A stretch of DNA of 64,000 nucleotides from Promethearchaeota archaeon. GTDB lineage: Archaea; Asgardarchaeota; Lokiarchaeia; Sigyniarchaeales; SOKP01. Position 1 is the first letter of the stretch, and every line of letters starts with the position of its first letter. The notes below the pieces were generated by a model, which did not search any database, was not told the DNA's origin, and saw nothing but the letters and a program-made list of their open reading frames with translations. Shown here piece after piece: positions 19,454 to 31,000 of the stretch. A program made the position numbers and the translations under genes. The DNA lies in the NCBI GenBank assembly GCA_016840085.1, contig JAEOTA010000004.1:96001-160000 (forward strand), written 5' to 3'.

Positions 19454-19912
19454 GTGATTAAAATAACTGAATTTCCTGGTAAAAAAGGAAACTACTTTTT
19501 TGGCTCAGTAAAGGTTGGTGAACGAGGTCAAATTGTTATTCCCCTTAAAGCAAGAGAAATCTTTGGAATTGAAGCTAAAGATGACGTATATATTTTTGGG
19601 GAATTAAATAAAGGTTTAGGTCTTACTAAAAGTTTAAAAATTGATACAAAAGAACTAGAGAAACATGAATATTATTTTGGTACTGCTAAAGTCGGTGAGA
19701 AAGGACAGATTGTCATTCCACAAGATGCTCGAGAGACTTTTAAAATAAACTTTGGAGATTTAATCCTCGTATTTGGAGATATTGAAAAAGGACTTGGCTT
19801 TATGAAATCAACCAAATTGAAAAATTTTGCTGTCAAACTGTTTCAAGCATTTGGAGGAGGTTTACAGGATATTCAGGAAAATAATAGAGGTGATATAAAT
19901 GAAGAAGAATAA
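19454..19912 (+). CDS. Tandem AbrB/MazE/SpoVT DNA-binding protein
   Basis: Two repeats: FGSVKVGERGQIVIP and FGTAKVGEKGQIVIP. Confidence 0.9.
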   Translation: MIKITEFPGKKGNYFFGSVKVGERGQIVIPLKAREIFGIEAKDDVYIFGELNKGLGLTKSLKIDTKELEKHEYYFGTAKVGEKGQIVIPQDARETFKINFGDLILVFGDIEKGLGFMKSTKLKNFAVKLFQAFGGGLQDIQENNRGDINEEE

Positions 19913-20432
19913 AAAACAATCAAATATCGATTTTAGGTTTATGTCATTTTTCTTTAAAATTCGTGATAAGTTTCACCCTCCTATAAATAAGATTAGAAAC
20001 GCTAATATTAGAGATGGAGAAATAGTTTTAGATTATGGGTGTGGATCAGGAAGCTATACAATTGCTACTGCACAGAATATAGGATCAAGTGGTAAGATCA
20101 TTGCTGCAGATATTCATCCATTAGCATTAAAAAAGATTAGAAAAAAGGCAGAGAAAATGGGTTATATTAATATTGAGACAATTCAAACAGATTGTGCTAC
20201 GGGATTAGATGATGAGAGCATCGATAAAATAATTTGTTTTGATGTACTTCATAATATTCCTAATAAAAATAAAATATTAAAGGAGTTTCATAGAGTATTA
20301 AAGCCAAATGCGATGCTCTCTTTTGATGATCATCATATGAATGAAGAGGAGATTAAAGAGTTCATAACTTCTAAAGGGCTCTTCGAATTATCTGAGAAGA
20401 AAGATAAACAGTATAATTTTATTAAAACATAG
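19899..20432 (+). CDS. Class I SAM-dependent methyltransferase
   Basis: VLDYGCGSG, AADIH, EFHRVLKP. Confidence 0.9.
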   Translation: MKKNKKQSNIDFRFMSFFFKIRDKFHPPINKIRNANIRDGEIVLDYGCGSGSYTIATAQNIGSSGKIIAADIHPLALKKIRKKAEKMGYINIETIQTDCATGLDDESIDKIICFDVLHNIPNKNKILKEFHRVLKPNAMLSFDDHHMNEEEIKEFITSKGLFELSEKKDKQYNFIKT

Positions 20433-20616
20433 TTGCATAAAAGATATAGAACAAATTTCTGAATATGGATTAAAACTGAAGTATTAAATTGAGTTTTTAT
20501 CTCTTTTTTTTATGATACTTTATAATTTTTTAGTTTTGATTCAACTCTTGGAATCTGAAAAACAATTGTAGAAAAATATACGAATAATTTAAGGAATTTT
20601 TTTCTTTTTGATAATT

Positions 20617-20642
20617 TACGAAATCACAGTGCTTAGGGAATT
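20617..20642 (+). repeat. 26-bp direct repeat, copy 2
   Basis: TACGAAATCACAGTGCTTAGGGAATT. Confidence 0.7.
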
Positions 20643-20674
20643 GTGAGTAAGAATAAATCCGAATGAATAATAAT

Positions 20675-21556
20675 TTATCTTGATATTCTTTCAACATTAA
20701 ATATAGCATATACCATCTCCTTCACAAATTCGTATGTTTCAGCCCATAGAAAAAAAATCTTATCTCCTATTGGTAAAATAACCGATTTTGTTAATTCTTG
20801 GAAATCTTTTGTATTCTCCCATAAAAATTCTGTTTTAAATGAGTGATACATGTTATCATAAAATTCAATTTTACTATCTGAAATTTTGAGATCTTTAACA
20901 CCAATATCTTTATTTAATACTTGCTCTTTTCCAATTCTTTTTAGTAAATTGATAATGAAATTTAGAGTATCTATATCTTTTTCTACTATATGATCAAATT
21001 TTATAATTATAAATCCGCAATCTTTTACAAATTTAGCATTGGGTATTAGAAGTGCACAATCATAAATGTCAAACATATAATTCATTCTACTTTTTTCTAT
21101 GGTGTGTTCAATTACTTTCCATCCTTTATCCATCAAGGGTTTAAAATAAGGTTGAAGAAACTCATCAATATCTTTAAAAGAGTATTCCATACTCTCCAAA
21201 TATACACTTTCTAATTTATTTGCTAAATTAGATCTTATATCTTCAATTATTTTAAGTTCCTTTTTTTTCTTCCTTATTGTTTCATCAATAAATACGGATG
21301 GACTTGTAGCTACAAAAATCTTAGCTTTTTTTGGTGCATCAGATTTTTCAGCTATTTTTACGCATTTTTTCTCAATTAATCTATTTAAAATTGAATAAAT
21401 TGTGGTTCGTTTCAATGGAATATGATAAACTAAGTCTTTTACATAAGTGCCTTTTTTGCCATGACGTGTAAGTGTAAAATAGACTAAACTTTCATCATCT
21501 GTTAAACCAATTTTCTTTAATCCTTCAATATATTCTTCCGTTATTTTATCTATCAT
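20675..21556 (-). CDS. TrmB-family HTH regulator (paralog of 13314-14348)
   Basis: LKKIGLTDDESLVYFTL...RTTIYSILNRL; shares the C-terminal ILPI..K.FFLWAE.YE motif. Confidence 0.8.
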   Translation of the reverse strand: MIDKITEEYIEGLKKIGLTDDESLVYFTLTRHGKKGTYVKDLVYHIPLKRTTIYSILNRLIEKKCVKIAEKSDAPKKAKIFVATSPSVFIDETIRKKKKELKIIEDIRSNLANKLESVYLESMEYSFKDIDEFLQPYFKPLMDKGWKVIEHTIEKSRMNYMFDIYDCALLIPNAKFVKDCGFIIIKFDHIVEKDIDTLNFIINLLKRIGKEQVLNKDIGVKDLKISDSKIEFYDNMYHSFKTEFLWENTKDFQELTKSVILPIGDKIFFLWAETYEFVKEMVYAIFNVERISR

Positions 21557-21684
21557 TAATAATTATATTGTATTAATTATTTAAAAATCTGACGGAAGGT
21601 CATGACACAATAACATTTATAAAGTCATAACACTTAGTCACATTAATAAAATAATAATCAAAAATTAAATAAAGATAAAGAAAA

Positions 21685-22458
21685 ATGAATAAAGAAGAAC
21701 CTAAGTATGGATGGTATGTGAAGAATCTAATTATTGGATTCAATATTGTAGGATTATTAGGGTTGTCTGCATTTGTTTACGGATTTTTAATAGATGGTGT
21801 CGTAAAAATAATTCTAATAATTTCAGGATTAGGTGTTATTTTAGTATTTTTATGGCCAGGTATTGGAATGATAATAATGCATCTACTTTTATTGAGAAAA
21901 ATGCCAAAAATAGATTTAATGGCTAGAATGAAAGCATTAGATGAAATTGATAATCCACAGATTTTAGACGTAGGATGTGGAACTGGAAGAACCGCAATTA
22001 GGATTGCTAAAGCATTAATGAATGGAGGACATTTATTTGGAATTGATATTTATTCGAAATTAGCAATTCCGGGAAACTCTTTAGATACTGTACAAAATAA
22101 TGCTATAATTGAAAAAGTCGAAGACAAAACTACGTTTCAGTATGGATCTGCTACAGATATCCCATTCGAAGAAAATAGATTTGATATTGTTAATGCTTCT
22201 TCAGTACTTCATGAAGTGCATGACCCAAACGGTCAAGATAAAGCAATGCAAGAGCTTTATCGTGTTTTAAAACCGGAGGGATATCTGTACTTAAGCGAGT
22301 GGAACCGAACATCTTGGCAATGTATAGCATTTTGTGGGTTATGTTGTTATGCTTTTAAGAAGAAAGAATATTGGGATAAACTACTGAAAGAAAATAATTT
22401 GAAAGATATAACCTATGAGAATATCACAGGTTTCGGGATTTTTTCTGCGAGAAAATAA
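21685..22458 (+). CDS. Membrane-anchored class I SAM methyltransferase
   Basis: Two N-terminal TMs; ILDVGCGTG; ELYRVLKPEG. Confidence 0.88.
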   Translation: MNKEEPKYGWYVKNLIIGFNIVGLLGLSAFVYGFLIDGVVKIILIISGLGVILVFLWPGIGMIIMHLLLLRKMPKIDLMARMKALDEIDNPQILDVGCGTGRTAIRIAKALMNGGHLFGIDIYSKLAIPGNSLDTVQNNAIIEKVEDKTTFQYGSATDIPFEENRFDIVNASSVLHEVHDPNGQDKAMQELYRVLKPEGYLYLSEWNRTSWQCIAFCGLCCYAFKKKEYWDKLLKENNLKDITYENITGFGIFSARK

Positions 22459-22465
22459 ATTTTTT

Positions 22466-23008
22466 TTATCCTATTTTTTTATATTTAAAAATAATGCCTT
22501 CTTCAATCCAACTCCAATGAAACATTGGTCGTTTAAATTGCTCTTTAAATTCAAAACCAGCTTTTTTTATTTGTGCTTGGACTTTGTTTAAATGAATTCC
22601 ATAAGAACCTATATGAGTAGCAAAATAAGACAGAATCCCATAATTGCTCTTTAAAACTCGATATATCTCGTCCAATAATTTAATTCGATCGTCCTTGTCA
22701 AGTAAATGATAAACATCATACATTAATACTACATCTAGAGAATTGGATTTCAATGGAATCGATATTTTTTTCGAAGTTTTTATGATTTCAATATTCTTAA
22801 TATTTTGAGTTTTAATTTTGTCAGACAATTCCTCTAAAGGATCTTCATCATAATCAAGAGCATAAATTTTACCAGTATTTCCTACAATTCGTGAAGCAAT
22901 TACTGAATATACCCCTGTTCCACATCCAAAATCTAAGATTTTTTGTCCACTTTTTATACCAAACTCTCTAAGTATAATTTCTCCCTTTGAATTTAGCCAT
23001 TCTTCCAT
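22466..23008 (-). CDS. Class I SAM-dependent methyltransferase
   Basis: ILDFGCGTG, YALD, EIYRVLK. Confidence 0.88.
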   Translation of the reverse strand: MEEWLNSKGEIILREFGIKSGQKILDFGCGTGVYSVIASRIVGNTGKIYALDYDEDPLEELSDKIKTQNIKNIEIIKTSKKISIPLKSNSLDVVLMYDVYHLLDKDDRIKLLDEIYRVLKSNYGILSYFATHIGSYGIHLNKVQAQIKKAGFEFKEQFKRPMFHWSWIEEGIIFKYKKIG

Positions 23009-23103
23009 GTTTATTTCTACTTTTTATTATTTATTAAAACAAGGGTTATACCAAATTTCTATAATAAAAAAAAATTAATATATATTTAAATACATTACAA
23101 ACA

Positions 23104-23817
23104 GTGGAAAAAATGCTAAAAGATATTGTTGGAGTGTACTTTGATCTTTTTGGTACATTAATCGATTCATATCATACTCTGACTATTATTTGGTCTCGAA
23201 TTGCTAAGAGGCTAGGTACAGACATTACTCCTGAAGACCCACGTATATGGGAAGGTATATTGAGACAAATTAAAGAAGCAAAACGATTAACTAAACCTTG
23301 GGTGGTTCTGTCTAGTAAGGAAATGCACAAATTAAACATTAATGTTCTGGATGCTATGGGAGTCGATCGAAAGGCATCAAAAGTGATAATCGCCGGAGAA
23401 TTTGAACGTGAATTTCGCAATGGTACGACCTTTCGCTTAAATCCAGGGTGTAAAAAAACATTGGAGAAAATTTATAATTTGAATATGAAAACTGGAGTTC
23501 TCACAAACGCTTCCTCTATGCTTTGTAAAGCTAGAATGGATGAATTAGGAATTATAGAATTCTTTGATCTCTTTATCCATGCTGATGAAGTTGGTTATAA
23601 TAAGTCTCATATAGAAATTTATGAAATTGCCTTGGAAGCAATGAGTACTAAGTATCCAGAGAAAGTATTACATATTGGTGATGATCCACTTATGGATGCC
23701 CTAATGGCACAAAAAGTAGGAATGACTCCAATTCTTTTAGATCCATACAATCTGCATTCATTAGATAATGTTATTAAAATTAGAAAATTACCAGAATTAT
23801 TGCTTTATCTCCAATAG
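23104..23817 (+). CDS. HAD-superfamily hydrolase
   Basis: FDLFGTLID, LTN, K, HIGDD..D motifs. Confidence 0.88.
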   Translation: MEKMLKDIVGVYFDLFGTLIDSYHTLTIIWSRIAKRLGTDITPEDPRIWEGILRQIKEAKRLTKPWVVLSSKEMHKLNINVLDAMGVDRKASKVIIAGEFEREFRNGTTFRLNPGCKKTLEKIYNLNMKTGVLTNASSMLCKARMDELGIIEFFDLFIHADEVGYNKSHIEIYEIALEAMSTKYPEKVLHIGDDPLMDALMAQKVGMTPILLDPYNLHSLDNVIKIRKLPELLLYLQ

Positions 23818-23821
23818 AACT

Positions 23822-24235
23822 CTATAATGAACCCAATGATGATATTACTTTATATTGATCTCCTGATATTTTATCTTTTATTACCTCAAAAAGTTATAGA
23901 AGCACATTGTCAGGAGCTGCTGCCATTACATACTTTAATGGACCAAAACTCTTTATTTTGTTGATAAATTGAAACCCCTTACTTTTCATGTGTGCTACTA
24001 GAACCTCTATATCGTCTGTTTCAATACCCAAATGATGAATTGATCCACGCCTTTGGTCTTTAGGTGGTTGATCATAAAAATTAATCTTTGATGATCCAAT
24101 TGCGATCATTACATTTCGAGCCCCTGCCATCTCTAAATCAAAAAGCACTTTAGCACCAAACATTTCACGATAGAATTGAATACTTTCTTCTATGTTTGAA
24201 GCAAACAGATGAGCATGATGGAGTGAAGTTTTCAT
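23822..24235 (-). pseudogene. VOC/glyoxalase family protein with premature TAA
   Basis: LHHAHL, IHHLGIETDD, APDNVLL-TAA-LFEVIKDK... The stop at 23894-96 replaces the expected Glu, and the frame continues to TAG at 23822. Confidence 0.7.
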
Positions 24236-24287
24236 AATTCTTTCCCATTTAACTTTATTTTTATTTATAAGTTTTTATTTCTACAGG

Positions 24288-24719
24288 TTAATTCTTTTTT
24301 TTTGGTCTAATTAGGATAATATGAATAGAAACTGCGACAGCTATACAAATTAACAAAATTTGGACCCATAATAAATCCATTAGAAATAAAATTGAGATGG
24401 CAATCGTTATCCATAACAATAGCAATGTGATTACTTTAATTTTTAATGGCATTCCTTTACCTTCCTTATAATTTCTAATGTAAGATCCAAGTATCTTATT
24501 GTTTAATAGCCATCTATTAAATTTTTTTGATGATTTGGCAAAAGCAGCTGAAGCAAGTAGCAAAAAAGGCGTTGTGGGAAGGATTGGTAAAACAATGCCT
24601 ATTATTCCTAAAATTAGCGATATAAAACCTCCTAAGAAAATTAAACGCTTAACAAATCTTTTTTCCTGAACATCCTCATTTTCGTTAGCTTTTTGCTTAC
24701 TTTCTTTGTTATTTTTCAT
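24288..24719 (-). CDS. YbaN/DUF454 family membrane protein
   Basis: LGIIGIVLPILPTTPFLLLA. Confidence 0.9.
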   Translation of the reverse strand: MKNNKESKQKANENEDVQEKRFVKRLIFLGGFISLILGIIGIVLPILPTTPFLLLASAAFAKSSKKFNRWLLNNKILGSYIRNYKEGKGMPLKIKVITLLLLWITIAISILFLMDLLWVQILLICIAVAVSIHIILIRPKKKN

Positions 24720-24777
24720 TATATCAAAACATTATATTAAACTTATAAATAAATATCATGGAAGTATAGATGCCATT

Positions 24778-25203
24778 TTATTTACAATCTTCACATTCAT
24801 AATAAATATCAATACGTTGTCCTTTAGGTTTAATTCCTAAATCTGATATAATAACGTTCCATAGCTCTTTGACATTAGCAGCCTTGTAATCATATATTTT
24901 TCCACATTTAGAACATACCATATTTATATGAAGTTCCATATCTGGATCATACCTTATACTTCCTTCATTGAAACCAAGTTCTTGTACTAATCCTAATTCT
25001 TTTAATAAATGTAAGGTCTTATAAATTGTTCCTAAACTTATCGTTGGATATTCATTGCTTAACCCTTGATATATTTGTTCCGCAGATGGGTGATCCTTTC
25101 GTGATAATATAAATTTACATATTGCTAATCGTTGAGCTGTCACCTTATATCCATTTTTTCGAAAAGTTTTGATTATCTCTTGAATATCCAAATTAATCAC
25201 CAT
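24778..25203 (-). CDS. Fur family regulator (PerR-like)
   Basis: KVTAQRLAI, HPSAEQIY, ISLGTIYKTL, two CxxC motifs; divergent from catalase. Confidence 0.9.
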   Translation of the reverse strand: MVINLDIQEIIKTFRKNGYKVTAQRLAICKFILSRKDHPSAEQIYQGLSNEYPTISLGTIYKTLHLLKELGLVQELGFNEGSIRYDPDMELHINMVCSKCGKIYDYKAANVKELWNVIISDLGIKPKGQRIDIYYECEDCK

Positions 25204-25293
25204 TTTAAGCGTTTTTAATATGAATTATTATGTTTTTTTAAAATACTTTTATAATAAAAGCATAAGTATTTTTAAGGATGGTAACAATTTTAC

Positions 25294-25321
25294 AATGATT
25301 CTTATTTAATAATGATTCTTA
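25294..25321. promoter_or_regulatory. Putative Fur/Per box pair
   Basis: AATGATTCTTA at 25294 and 25311, between fur and katA. Confidence 0.5.
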
Positions 25322-25432
25322 GATATTTAAATAAATACTCAATAATCTATAAGAAAAATTGTTAAATATGAATTTAATCGAATTATCATGCCAAATCAAT
25401 AAATTATTATAAAACTAAGAGTCTGAACTATA

Positions 25433-26911
25433 ATGAAAGAAAAAGATAAAGATAAGAAAATACTAACGATGGCAGGTGGCGCCCCTATAGCAGATAATCA
25501 AAATACTATAACTGCCGGGGAAAGAGGACCAGTACTCATGCAAGATGTACATTTACTAGAAAAATTAGCCACTTTTGCTAGAGAGCGTATACCTGAACGA
25601 GTCGTTCATGCTAAAGGAGCAGGTGCATATGGTACTTTCACGGTAACTCATGATATTACAAAGTATACTAAAGCTAAGATTTTTTCAAAAATAGGAAAAA
25701 AAACAGAGCTTATTGTTCGTTTTTCAACTGTAGCTGGTGAAAGAGGTTCAGCTGACACAGTTAGAGATGTAAGAGGCTTTGCAATAAAGTTTTATACGGA
25801 AGAGGGTAATTGGGATTTAGTAGGCAATAATACTCCCGTGTTTTTTGTCAGAGATCCACTAAAATTTAGTGATTTTATCCACACTCAAAAGCGGATGCCT
25901 CAAACAAACCTTCGATCTCAAACAATGTGGTGGGATTTTTGGTCATTAGTTCCTGAATCGTTACATCAAGTAACTATACTTTTTTCTGATAGAGGTATAC
26001 CACGAGGGTTCCCCCATATGAATGGTTATGGAAGTCATACCTATAGTTTTATTAATGCAGATGACGAGCGTTTTTGGGTAAAATTCCATTTTAAAACAAT
26101 GCAAGGTATTAAAAACTTTATGCAAGAAGAAGCAGATAAAATTGCTGGTACTGATCCAGATTGGGCAACACGTGATCTTTTCGAGAGAATTGAAAAGGGT
26201 GATTTCCCAAAGTGGGAATTATCCGTACAAATCATGCCTGAACTAGAAGCTGAATCATATCGTTGGAATCCATTTGATTTAACTAAAGTGTGGCCTCATG
26301 GAGATTATCCATTAATTAAAGTTGGTGTAATGGAACTTAATCGAAATCCTACAAACTATTTTGCTGAAGTGGAGCAAGCTGCTTTTGATCCTTCCAATAG
26401 AGTTCCAGGAATCTCTTATTCACCTGATAAGATGCTGCAGGGTAGACTTTTTTCATATGCTGATGCACATCGATATCGACTTGGAGTTAATTATCAATCA
26501 TTGCCCGTGAATCGACCTAAAGTTGCAGAAGTTAATACATATCATCGTGATGGTTTTATGCGATTTGATGGTAATGCTGGAAACGCAGTTGTCTATGAAC
26601 CAAACAGTTTTGGGGGACCTAAAGAAAATCCTGCCTTTAAAGAACCTCCATTAAAGATTTCTGGAGATGCAGATGCATATGACCAACCTACAACTGATGA
26701 TGATTTTATTCAACCAGGAAATCTGTACAGATTGATGCCTCCTAACGAGCAAGATAGACTTATTAAAAATTTTGTTAATAGTTTAAAAACCGTACCTGAA
26801 TTCATTCAAGAACGAATGATAAAACACTTCTTTAAAGCAGATCAAACTTGGGGCGAAAGAGTTGCAAAAGAATTAGATTTAGAGATTTCTCCAGCAGTAG
26901 CTGCTAAATGA
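25433..26911 (+). CDS. katA: Monofunctional heme catalase (small subunit)
   Basis: [40 protein letters not shown]. Confidence 0.97.
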   Translation: MKEKDKDKKILTMAGGAPIADNQNTITAGERGPVLMQDVHLLEKLATFARERIPERVVHAKGAGAYGTFTVTHDITKYTKAKIFSKIGKKTELIVRFSTVAGERGSADTVRDVRGFAIKFYTEEGNWDLVGNNTPVFFVRDPLKFSDFIHTQKRMPQTNLRSQTMWWDFWSLVPESLHQVTILFSDRGIPRGFPHMNGYGSHTYSFINADDERFWVKFHFKTMQGIKNFMQEEADKIAGTDPDWATRDLFERIEKGDFPKWELSVQIMPELEAESYRWNPFDLTKVWPHGDYPLIKVGVMELNRNPTNYFAEVEQAAFDPSNRVPGISYSPDKMLQGRLFSYADAHRYRLGVNYQSLPVNRPKVAEVNTYHRDGFMRFDGNAGNAVVYEPNSFGGPKENPAFKEPPLKISGDADAYDQPTTDDDFIQPGNLYRLMPPNEQDRLIKNFVNSLKTVPEFIQERMIKHFFKADQTWGERVAKELDLEISPAVAAK

Positions 26912-26983
26912 AGCAATTCAATTTTAAATATTTAATTTATTCTTTTTTTTATTATTTCTTCCAAAGTAATTTTCAAGTTAATG

Positions 26984-28024
26984 TCAATATCGCTTCATCT
27001 TTTTAGAATATTGTTGAAAAGGTGTTCTAGGTTCTAGACTAAACCAGTCTGTATTCTTATCTAAATGAGAGAATGTTCTCAATAAATCAAAGGTTAACCA
27101 TCGAGATGCTTGAGGATATAAAGAACATTCCCACATGCCATATTCACCTTGTTCTCCTTTGACAAAATCAACCAATTCTGAAATCCTTTCATCGTCTAAA
27201 GAAGCACCAATTTTCCAACAGAGACTTAAAATGTGAGCTGCATCCATTTTAGGATAATATGTTCTCCATCCTCTTGATTCCTCTAATCCTATAAGACGAG
27301 AAATTACGAAACCCAGTAAATTTTTTTGCTTCGTTTCACATCCTAAGATCAAATCAAGTGCTCTTTTAGCCGCACTACTTCTTCTTCTCTTTGGATGATA
27401 AGCCAAACAATTTAGCACCGCAATTGTAGATGATCTGCAGCCCCAACGAGAGTGTGCAATTCTACGATAACCGGCAACTCTTCCGTAAACACCTGAAGCA
27501 GTCCCTGTAGCCCATGCTCCATCATCAAGTCGTTGATCCATTAACCAATCATAAGCTTTTTCAGCTCGTTTATTGGTGGAATATCCACAAGCTGCTAATC
27601 CTTCTAATGGGGTTGCAACCTGCAAAGGTATCATATCATATCCATGAATTTCTTCAGATGGTCCTTGTTTAATAGTTGGAATTGGCCATGTATAATCTTC
27701 TTCTTGTTTCGAAAACATATAATCAGCAGCTTTTCTGACAAATTTATGATCTTTATCAAATCCAAGATACCCTAATCTCACTAATGCTTGAGAAGTTGCC
27801 TGAAGGTTTCCCGTATTTGATATTTTACCTGAAAGATCTACACTACTCCAAGAGCCATCATGTAGCTGAGTTTTAATGAGCGATTCGACAATTGGGTCTT
27901 TATCACGTAAGATGAGTAATTCTCGTACTTCTTCATCATCCTCCGAGCGGTTTAATAACTTCTTTAATACAAGTAATCTTAAGTTTGGTGAAGGATCAGT
28001 TAATAATAATGGTATCCAAGTCAT
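26984..28024 (-). CDS. Prenyltransferase/terpene-cyclase-like alpha-alpha barrel protein
   Basis: QW-like repeats QLHDGSW, QEEDYTW, QRLDDGAW and QGEYGMW; overlaps the stop of the upstream double UvrA. Confidence 0.7.
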   Translation of the reverse strand: MTWIPLLLTDPSPNLRLLVLKKLLNRSEDDEEVRELLILRDKDPIVESLIKTQLHDGSWSSVDLSGKISNTGNLQATSQALVRLGYLGFDKDHKFVRKAADYMFSKQEEDYTWPIPTIKQGPSEEIHGYDMIPLQVATPLEGLAACGYSTNKRAEKAYDWLMDQRLDDGAWATGTASGVYGRVAGYRRIAHSRWGCRSSTIAVLNCLAYHPKRRRSSAAKRALDLILGCETKQKNLLGFVISRLIGLEESRGWRTYYPKMDAAHILSLCWKIGASLDDERISELVDFVKGEQGEYGMWECSLYPQASRWLTFDLLRTFSHLDKNTDWFSLEPRTPFQQYSKKMKRY

Positions 28025-31000
28025 GCAATCTCCTCCAAGACTTCTTTTATGTAAGGTGCTGTTGGCGTTTTCCCCGCTGCAATCATTTCAGGCGTGCCAG
28101 TTGCAATTAATCTTCCACCATCATCACCAGCACCTGGACCAAGTTCTATTAACCAATCACATGCTGCCAACAAGTGAGGGTGATGCTCAATAACTACTAC
28201 AGTATGGCTATTTTCAACTAATTTATGTAATACATTAATAAGAAGAGAAACATCTTCCATATGTTGTCCTACGGTTGGCTCATCCAAAATATACATCGAT
28301 TTCTTTATACTCTTTTTACTCAGTTCCTTAGCAACTTTGAGTCTCTGTACTTCTCCGCCAGATAATGTGTATGCAGGTTGGTTTAAAACTAAATATCCTA
28401 AACCGACATCCTTTACGAACTTCAATTTTCTTTCAATAGATTCTTCTTCCTTGAACAACTCATAAATCTCATCAATAGTCTTATCATTTAATTCAGGAAG
28501 TGATACACCTTTAACTTTGACTCTCCAAGCATCCATGGAGTAGCCGGTTCCGTTACACACTTCGCACACATCGTAGATGTTTGGTAAGAACCCCATATCC
28601 GTCTTTATTGTACCATCTCCTTTGCAGACAGTACATTTCTTATTAAGAACTTTTTCACTTAAACCTAATGATATTGCATCTTCACTTTCAGCAAATATCT
28701 TGAAGAAATTTTTTCTTAAACCAAGGTAATTCATTGGGCTTGTAACACTGGCTCTGGTTTGGTCAATGATTATGGTTTGAGATAATTCACCTTCGATTTT
28801 ATTATATTTTCCTGGTTTGATGGGCTCTCTTGCCATTGATGTAGTATGTTTTTTTGGAGATAGTACCCTTCCAATCGTATCTATCAATAGCGTAGATTTA
28901 CCCGAGCCTGATACACCGCATATTCCTACTAGAAAACCGTGGGGGATTTCTATTGTTTCTCCTTTCAGATTGTTTTCTTTCGCACCATATATTTTTAACC
29001 ATTTCTTAGGAATTCTCTCTTGCTTAATGAAATTAAATTTTTTTTTACCATTCAACCAATTTGCTGTTATTGTGGTTTTCTTTTTAAAATCTATCGGTGA
29101 GCCTGTCGCAACTATTTTACCACCCTCAATTCCAGCTTTTGGACCTAAATCAACAATGTAATCTGCTGATTTAATAAGAAACATATCATGTTCCACCATT
29201 AGGATAGTATTACCCACATCTCGTAATTCCTCAAGTGCTTCCAATAATGCTTCAAGTTCTGAAGGGTGTAATCCTCTCGAAGGTTCATCCAAAATAATTG
29301 TAAGAGAAGTAAGACCACTACCCAAAACTCCTGCTAATCTGACCCGCTGAGCTTCGCCTGCTGAAAGAGATGCTGCTATTCTATTCAAATGTACATATCC
29401 TAACCCTGTTTTGATTAAGAACTTTAAACGATCTAGGACAGTTTTATGACTATTTTGAATTATAGCGGAAATCTCATGATTTACAGAAATGTCTTCTATG
29501 ACTTTTAACAAATCTACAAAAGGAATTTCACTCAATTGATGCATATTATAACCATTTAAAATGAAAGCTAGAAATTCCGGTCGAAGTTTAGCACCTTTAC
29601 AACTGTCACATGTTTTTATATCAGTATATGTGCCACCAATGTCCCATTCACTTACCCATCCATGGTAAAATCCAATAAATTTCCCTATTCTGGTATATTT
29701 TTCTCCTTTACGGTTCTCATAATGTATTTCCAATGGCTCATCACATCCGTATAAAAATACATCTTGAGCTTCCTTAGATATTTTATTCCAAGGTGTATTA
29801 GCTGGATCAAAATTATAACGTCTTGCAAGTGCTTGAAGAACATAGTATCCCCCATTGAATGGTTTACATAAATATCCCTGTGGAAAAAATCCGGGGGAAT
29901 ACATTGCACCCTTACACAATGGTTTTTCCGGATGAATAATTAACTTATCTGGTTTTGGGACATTAATAGTTCCTATACCATGACACTTTCGACAGGCTGC
30001 TTGATATGATGAAGGATCAAAGTGAACAGGTTTTGGTATTGGTAACCTAATATTACATTTTTCACAAATCCACTCAGTCTTTTTTATCATTGAAGCACCA
30101 CATTCTGGACATATACACTTACCTAGATATGCCAATAAATTCGCAATATGATGGGTAATTTCTGTGGCCTTTCCAATTGTGTTTCTTATGTTGAAATTGC
30201 GTGAATGCATAGCTTTAGTTGATATAACATGAGAAGTAACACCAAGCCCAGATATTTCGTCTACCATTACTTCAGGACCTTCACGGATCCCCTGACGCTC
30301 ATACATGGATAAAGTTTCAAAGAAGCGACGTTTTGCTTCAGCTTCGATTATATCGCTTACTAAACTAGACTTTCCACTTCCAGAAACTCCTGTGACCACG
30401 TTAATTGAATTTTTCGGGAATTCGACATCAATTCCTTTTAAATTGTGAATGTGAGCATTTTTGATGGTGATTTTTTTTGATATTTTATTTTTTCCTTTTT
30501 TTGAGCTTGGTATTATTGATTCATCCAATTTCAAGGCTTTGGCTGTTTGTGAATCTTCACACTCCAATAATCCGTCAACTGGACCGGAATAAATTACGTG
30601 ACCTCCTTCATCACCTGCTCCAGGACCAAGATCAATAACCCAATCTGCTGTTTTGATAACATCCAAATTATGTTCCACAATAATAACCGTCGCCCTTGCT
30701 CTAACTAATCTATCCAAGATTTTTAATAAACCCTTCAAATCCTGAGGATGAAGTCCCGTGCTTGGTTCATCTAATATAATAATCTGGCTTTTTAGGGACG
30801 ATTTTCCTAAATATTTTGATAATTTGAGACGTTGAGCTTCTCCTCCAGATAGAGAGGGTGAAGGTTGCCCAAGAGATAAGTATCCTAAACCTATATCTTT
30901 AAGAGTTCTTATCATTTCTTTTAAATTTTCTAAATCATTTAATGACAAACGGTTTTCTTTTTCCATTAAGTCAGCTATTTCAGATATAGATAGATCATAG

